A DNA stretch of 64,000 bases, from sequence record SRR20825006_226. One strand, 5' to 3'. Shown here piece after piece: positions 61,808 to 64,000 of the stretch. Both the position numbers and the translations under genes were made by a program. The first letter of the stretch is position 1. Each line of letters begins with the position of its first letter. Below the pieces are notes generated by a model that did not search any database, was not told the DNA's origin, and saw nothing but the letters and a program-made list of their open reading frames with translations.

Positions 61808-63151
61808 TTATTTCTTTGCAAGAACTTTGTCAATCATTTGACCTGCGGAGCCTGTATAATTAGCTGGATCAATCAGAAAATCAATTTCGTTTTCAGATAA
61901 ATGCTCTAAAATCTCGGGGTCGATGATAAGTACTTCTCGCAATGTGTTTCCATTATCCATAGCACGACCAGCTGCGCTATAAACTAAGTCGTGAGCTTTT
62001 TTCTTGCCAATTTTTGGAGCAAGCCCCATCATAACAGCTTCAGACATTAATAAACCACCGCCGATATCCAAATTCTTGCGCATTTGGTCTTTTGCAACAA
62101 CAATATTTTCAAGAATAAACCGAGAGTGTGATAATGATCCAGAGAAAAGAACAAACGCTTCAGGAATTACAATCCACTCCAAGTGCATTGGGCCAACTGC
62201 TCTCTCGTGCTCTTGAATCATAGCAACTAGCTGAGAACTCACTGTTTCGCGTAAACGATGTGCAATCGCAATTATAGGCTCACAAGAAATTGGGTTTCGT
62301 TTCTGAGGAAGCGTTGTGCTTGCCCCACGACCAACTTCAAAAGGTTCGCTAACTTCACCGATTTCTGAGCGCATCAAAATTGCAACTTCATTCGCAATTT
62401 TCCCTAAGGTAGAAGCAACTAAAGAAATCCAAAAAACTAGTTCAGCCCATCTATCTCTTGCTGTATGCCAAGTAATATCTGGAGATTCCAAACCAAGCTC
62501 CTTCATCATTTCGGTTTGAACAGTTAGTCCCTTATCACCTAGAGTTGCGAAGGTACCAACTGCACCAGCACACTGACCAACTAATACTCTTTTCTTAATT
62601 TCTTGAAAACGTTCTTTGTGCCTTAAGACCTCATCTAACCAAACTGCAACTTTATAACCAAATGTGATGGGTGCCGCTTGCTGTTGAAAGGTTCTTCCAG
62701 CCATCACCGTATTTCTATGGTCTTTTGCAACTTTTTGAAGAGCTTTTATAATGCCATTCAAATCCTTTTCTATTAAATCGAAGGCATCTCTAATCTGGAG
62801 AACAGTACCAGTGTCTAAAATATCCTGTGTAGTTGCTCCATAATGAACCCATCGAGCTGTTTCCGCGTCGCAAGATTTTGTTAACTGATGCACAAATGGA
62901 AGAATTGGAAAACCAACTCGGTCAAACTCTTCCTTCATAGCTTTGTGATCCAGTTTCTCTAACTGGGCTATTTCTTCGATCTTTTTTGCTGTTCCAGCAG
63001 GAATTACCCCAACCTTTTCTTCAGCTTTTGCTAACGCTACCTCAGTATCCAACCAAGCTTGTACTCGTTGGTCATCTGAAAAAATAGCACGCATTTCTGC
63101 GGTGCCAAACATATCGCGATAGTAATTGGAATCAATAATTGATGAGGGCAT
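61808..63151 (-). CDS. Fumarase/aspartase-superfamily lyase (3-carboxymuconate cycloisomerase-like)
   Basis: HYGATTQDILDT, GRTFQQQA, GAVGT, WHTARD, GASTTLPQKRNP, HER. Confidence 0.85.
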   Translation of the reverse strand: MPSSIIDSNYYRDMFGTAEMRAIFSDDQRVQAWLDTEVALAKAEEKVGVIPAGTAKKIEEIAQLEKLDHKAMKEEFDRVGFPILPFVHQLTKSCDAETARWVHYGATTQDILDTGTVLQIRDAFDLIEKDLNGIIKALQKVAKDHRNTVMAGRTFQQQAAPITFGYKVAVWLDEVLRHKERFQEIKKRVLVGQCAGAVGTFATLGDKGLTVQTEMMKELGLESPDITWHTARDRWAELVFWISLVASTLGKIANEVAILMRSEIGEVSEPFEVGRGASTTLPQKRNPISCEPIIAIAHRLRETVSSQLVAMIQEHERAVGPMHLEWIVIPEAFVLFSGSLSHSRFILENIVVAKDQMRKNLDIGGGLLMSEAVMMGLAPKIGKKKAHDLVYSAAGRAMDNGNTLREVLIIDPEILEHLSENEIDFLIDPANYTGSAGQMIDKVLAKK

Positions 63152-63152
63152 G

Positions 63153-63872
63153 TTAGATTTTTTTTGATATTTCTTTTAGTCGTTGAATAACTGATTCATC
63201 TACTTTTGTTGAGTAAATTAAATCCAAATTTTCACGAATCGTTTCAATTGGCCAATTCCACCATTGTATTTCTTCTAATGCTTCGATGATATTATCCTCG
63301 AAACGCATTTTAATTTTCTTTGCTGGTACACCTGCTACAATTGAATAAGGTTCTACATCTTTGGTAACCACGGCACCAGCACCAATTATAGCACCATTAC
63401 CGACTTTAACTCCTCGAAGAACTATAGCATTAGATGCCAGCCAAACATCATTTCCAATTACACAAGTTCCAAATTCGTTATATCTATTTTTTAAATCTTC
63501 ATTGGTATCATGACTAATGTTTCCATCCATTAGCATTCTAAATCTCCATAAAGGACTTGTAGTAACATTTGAAAATTCGTGATTACCTCCACCAATAGAA
63601 ACATTCCATGCCAATGAGCAAAAACTACCCACTTCTGCTGTTCTTATTGAAGTCCCTATACCTGTATAAGTAAATTTCCCAATCTTTGATTTTAAAATAT
63701 AATTTTGTCTATTTATTGAAATATTAGACTCTAAACTACTCCCAATGATAATTGCATAATTCCCTACAATTACCCCACTACCAATACTACTGTTTTTGAT
63801 TTCAGCTTCCTTGTAAACTTTTACATCCTTTTCTAGTTCGCTAGAAATAATTTTAGCTGTTGGTGATATCAT
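63153..63872 (-). CDS. CatB/Vat-related hexapeptide acyltransferase
   Basis: IGNDVW, GAIIGAGAVVTKDV.PY.IVAGVPA, QWWNW; extended N-terminal hexapeptide repeats. Confidence 0.85.
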   Translation of the reverse strand: MISPTAKIISSELEKDVKVYKEAEIKNSSIGSGVIVGNYAIIIGSSLESNISINRQNYILKSKIGKFTYTGIGTSIRTAEVGSFCSLAWNVSIGGGNHEFSNVTTSPLWRFRMLMDGNISHDTNEDLKNRYNEFGTCVIGNDVWLASNAIVLRGVKVGNGAIIGAGAVVTKDVEPYSIVAGVPAKKIKMRFEDNIIEALEEIQWWNWPIETIRENLDLIYSTKVDESVIQRLKEISKKI

Positions 63873-63882
63873 ATTATTCGTA

Positions 63883-63999
63883 TTAGATTACCGTATCTTT
63901 AAAAATATCTTTTCTCATAGTCTGTGAACCATTGGTGTCATAAACAGATAATCCACTAATAGCTATAGCTATTTTTTCTTCCAATTCTGATTTACTTTT
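63883..63999 (-). CDS. 3' end of an upstream gene running off the window
   Basis: Open frame ..KSKSELEEKIAIAISGLSVYDTNGSQTMRKDIFKDTVI* ending 10 nt before the next ATG. Confidence 0.55.
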   Translation of the reverse strand, partial: KSKSELEEKIAIAISGLSVYDTNGSQTMRKDIFKDTVI

Positions 64000-64000
64000 C

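Noticed and set aside
472-62519. Many short ORF-track entries antisense or out of frame to long genes (e.g. 516-737, 5210-5539, 16918-17334, 46268-46501, 55474-55989)
   Set aside because: They overlap well-supported genes and lack recognisable motifs; treated as shadow ORFs
61808-63151. purB or pcaB assignment
   Set aside because: Catalytic His is absent and the signature is altered; no pur or pca genes nearby
63153-63872. Chloramphenicol/streptogramin resistance acetyltransferase
   Set aside because: Family resemblance only; glycan-locus context favours sugar acylation
63883-63999. MmgE/PrpD-like C-terminus (S..ELEEK)
   Set aside because: Only 38 residues visible; too little to assign

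Overview
AT-rich bacterial chromosome segment. Gene content (Rhodothermus-type ACIII-caa3 operon, TAnnTTTG promoter elements) suggests a Bacteroidota/Balneolota/Rhodothermota-type organism; this is an inference. In order: (1) a CoA-transferase; (2) an ABC exporter operon (two permeases, ATPase, membrane-anchored hairpin/Ig-like protein, stand-alone PDZ protein) divergent from a two-component system; (3) an LVIVD-repeat/DUF305 lipoprotein pair, an MBL-fold hydrolase and an M1 peptidase with REP-like palindromes nearby; (4) a nitrite/NO island: azurin-like cupredoxin, NirK with Gln at the type-1 Cu axial position, two small ORFs, three His-motif membrane proteins, Ric and an Rrf2 regulator, with a 3-copy 18-bp palindrome; (5) a full alternative complex III (actA-F, G-like) + SCO + A2-type caa3 oxidase operon, with a di-heme ActE and an ActG-like gene carrying a transposase-like HTH; (6) housekeeping genes; (7) an exosortase-family gene and the distal part of a minus-strand surface-polysaccharide locus (WbpA/B/D/E-like, Ugd, Wzi-like, glycosyltransferases, tandem WecF-like paralogs) that includes a fumarase-superfamily lyase and a cyclase-family enzyme. 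No rRNA, tRNA, CRISPR array or intact mobile element was recognised. All calls are by eye from motifs and context; no searches were run.
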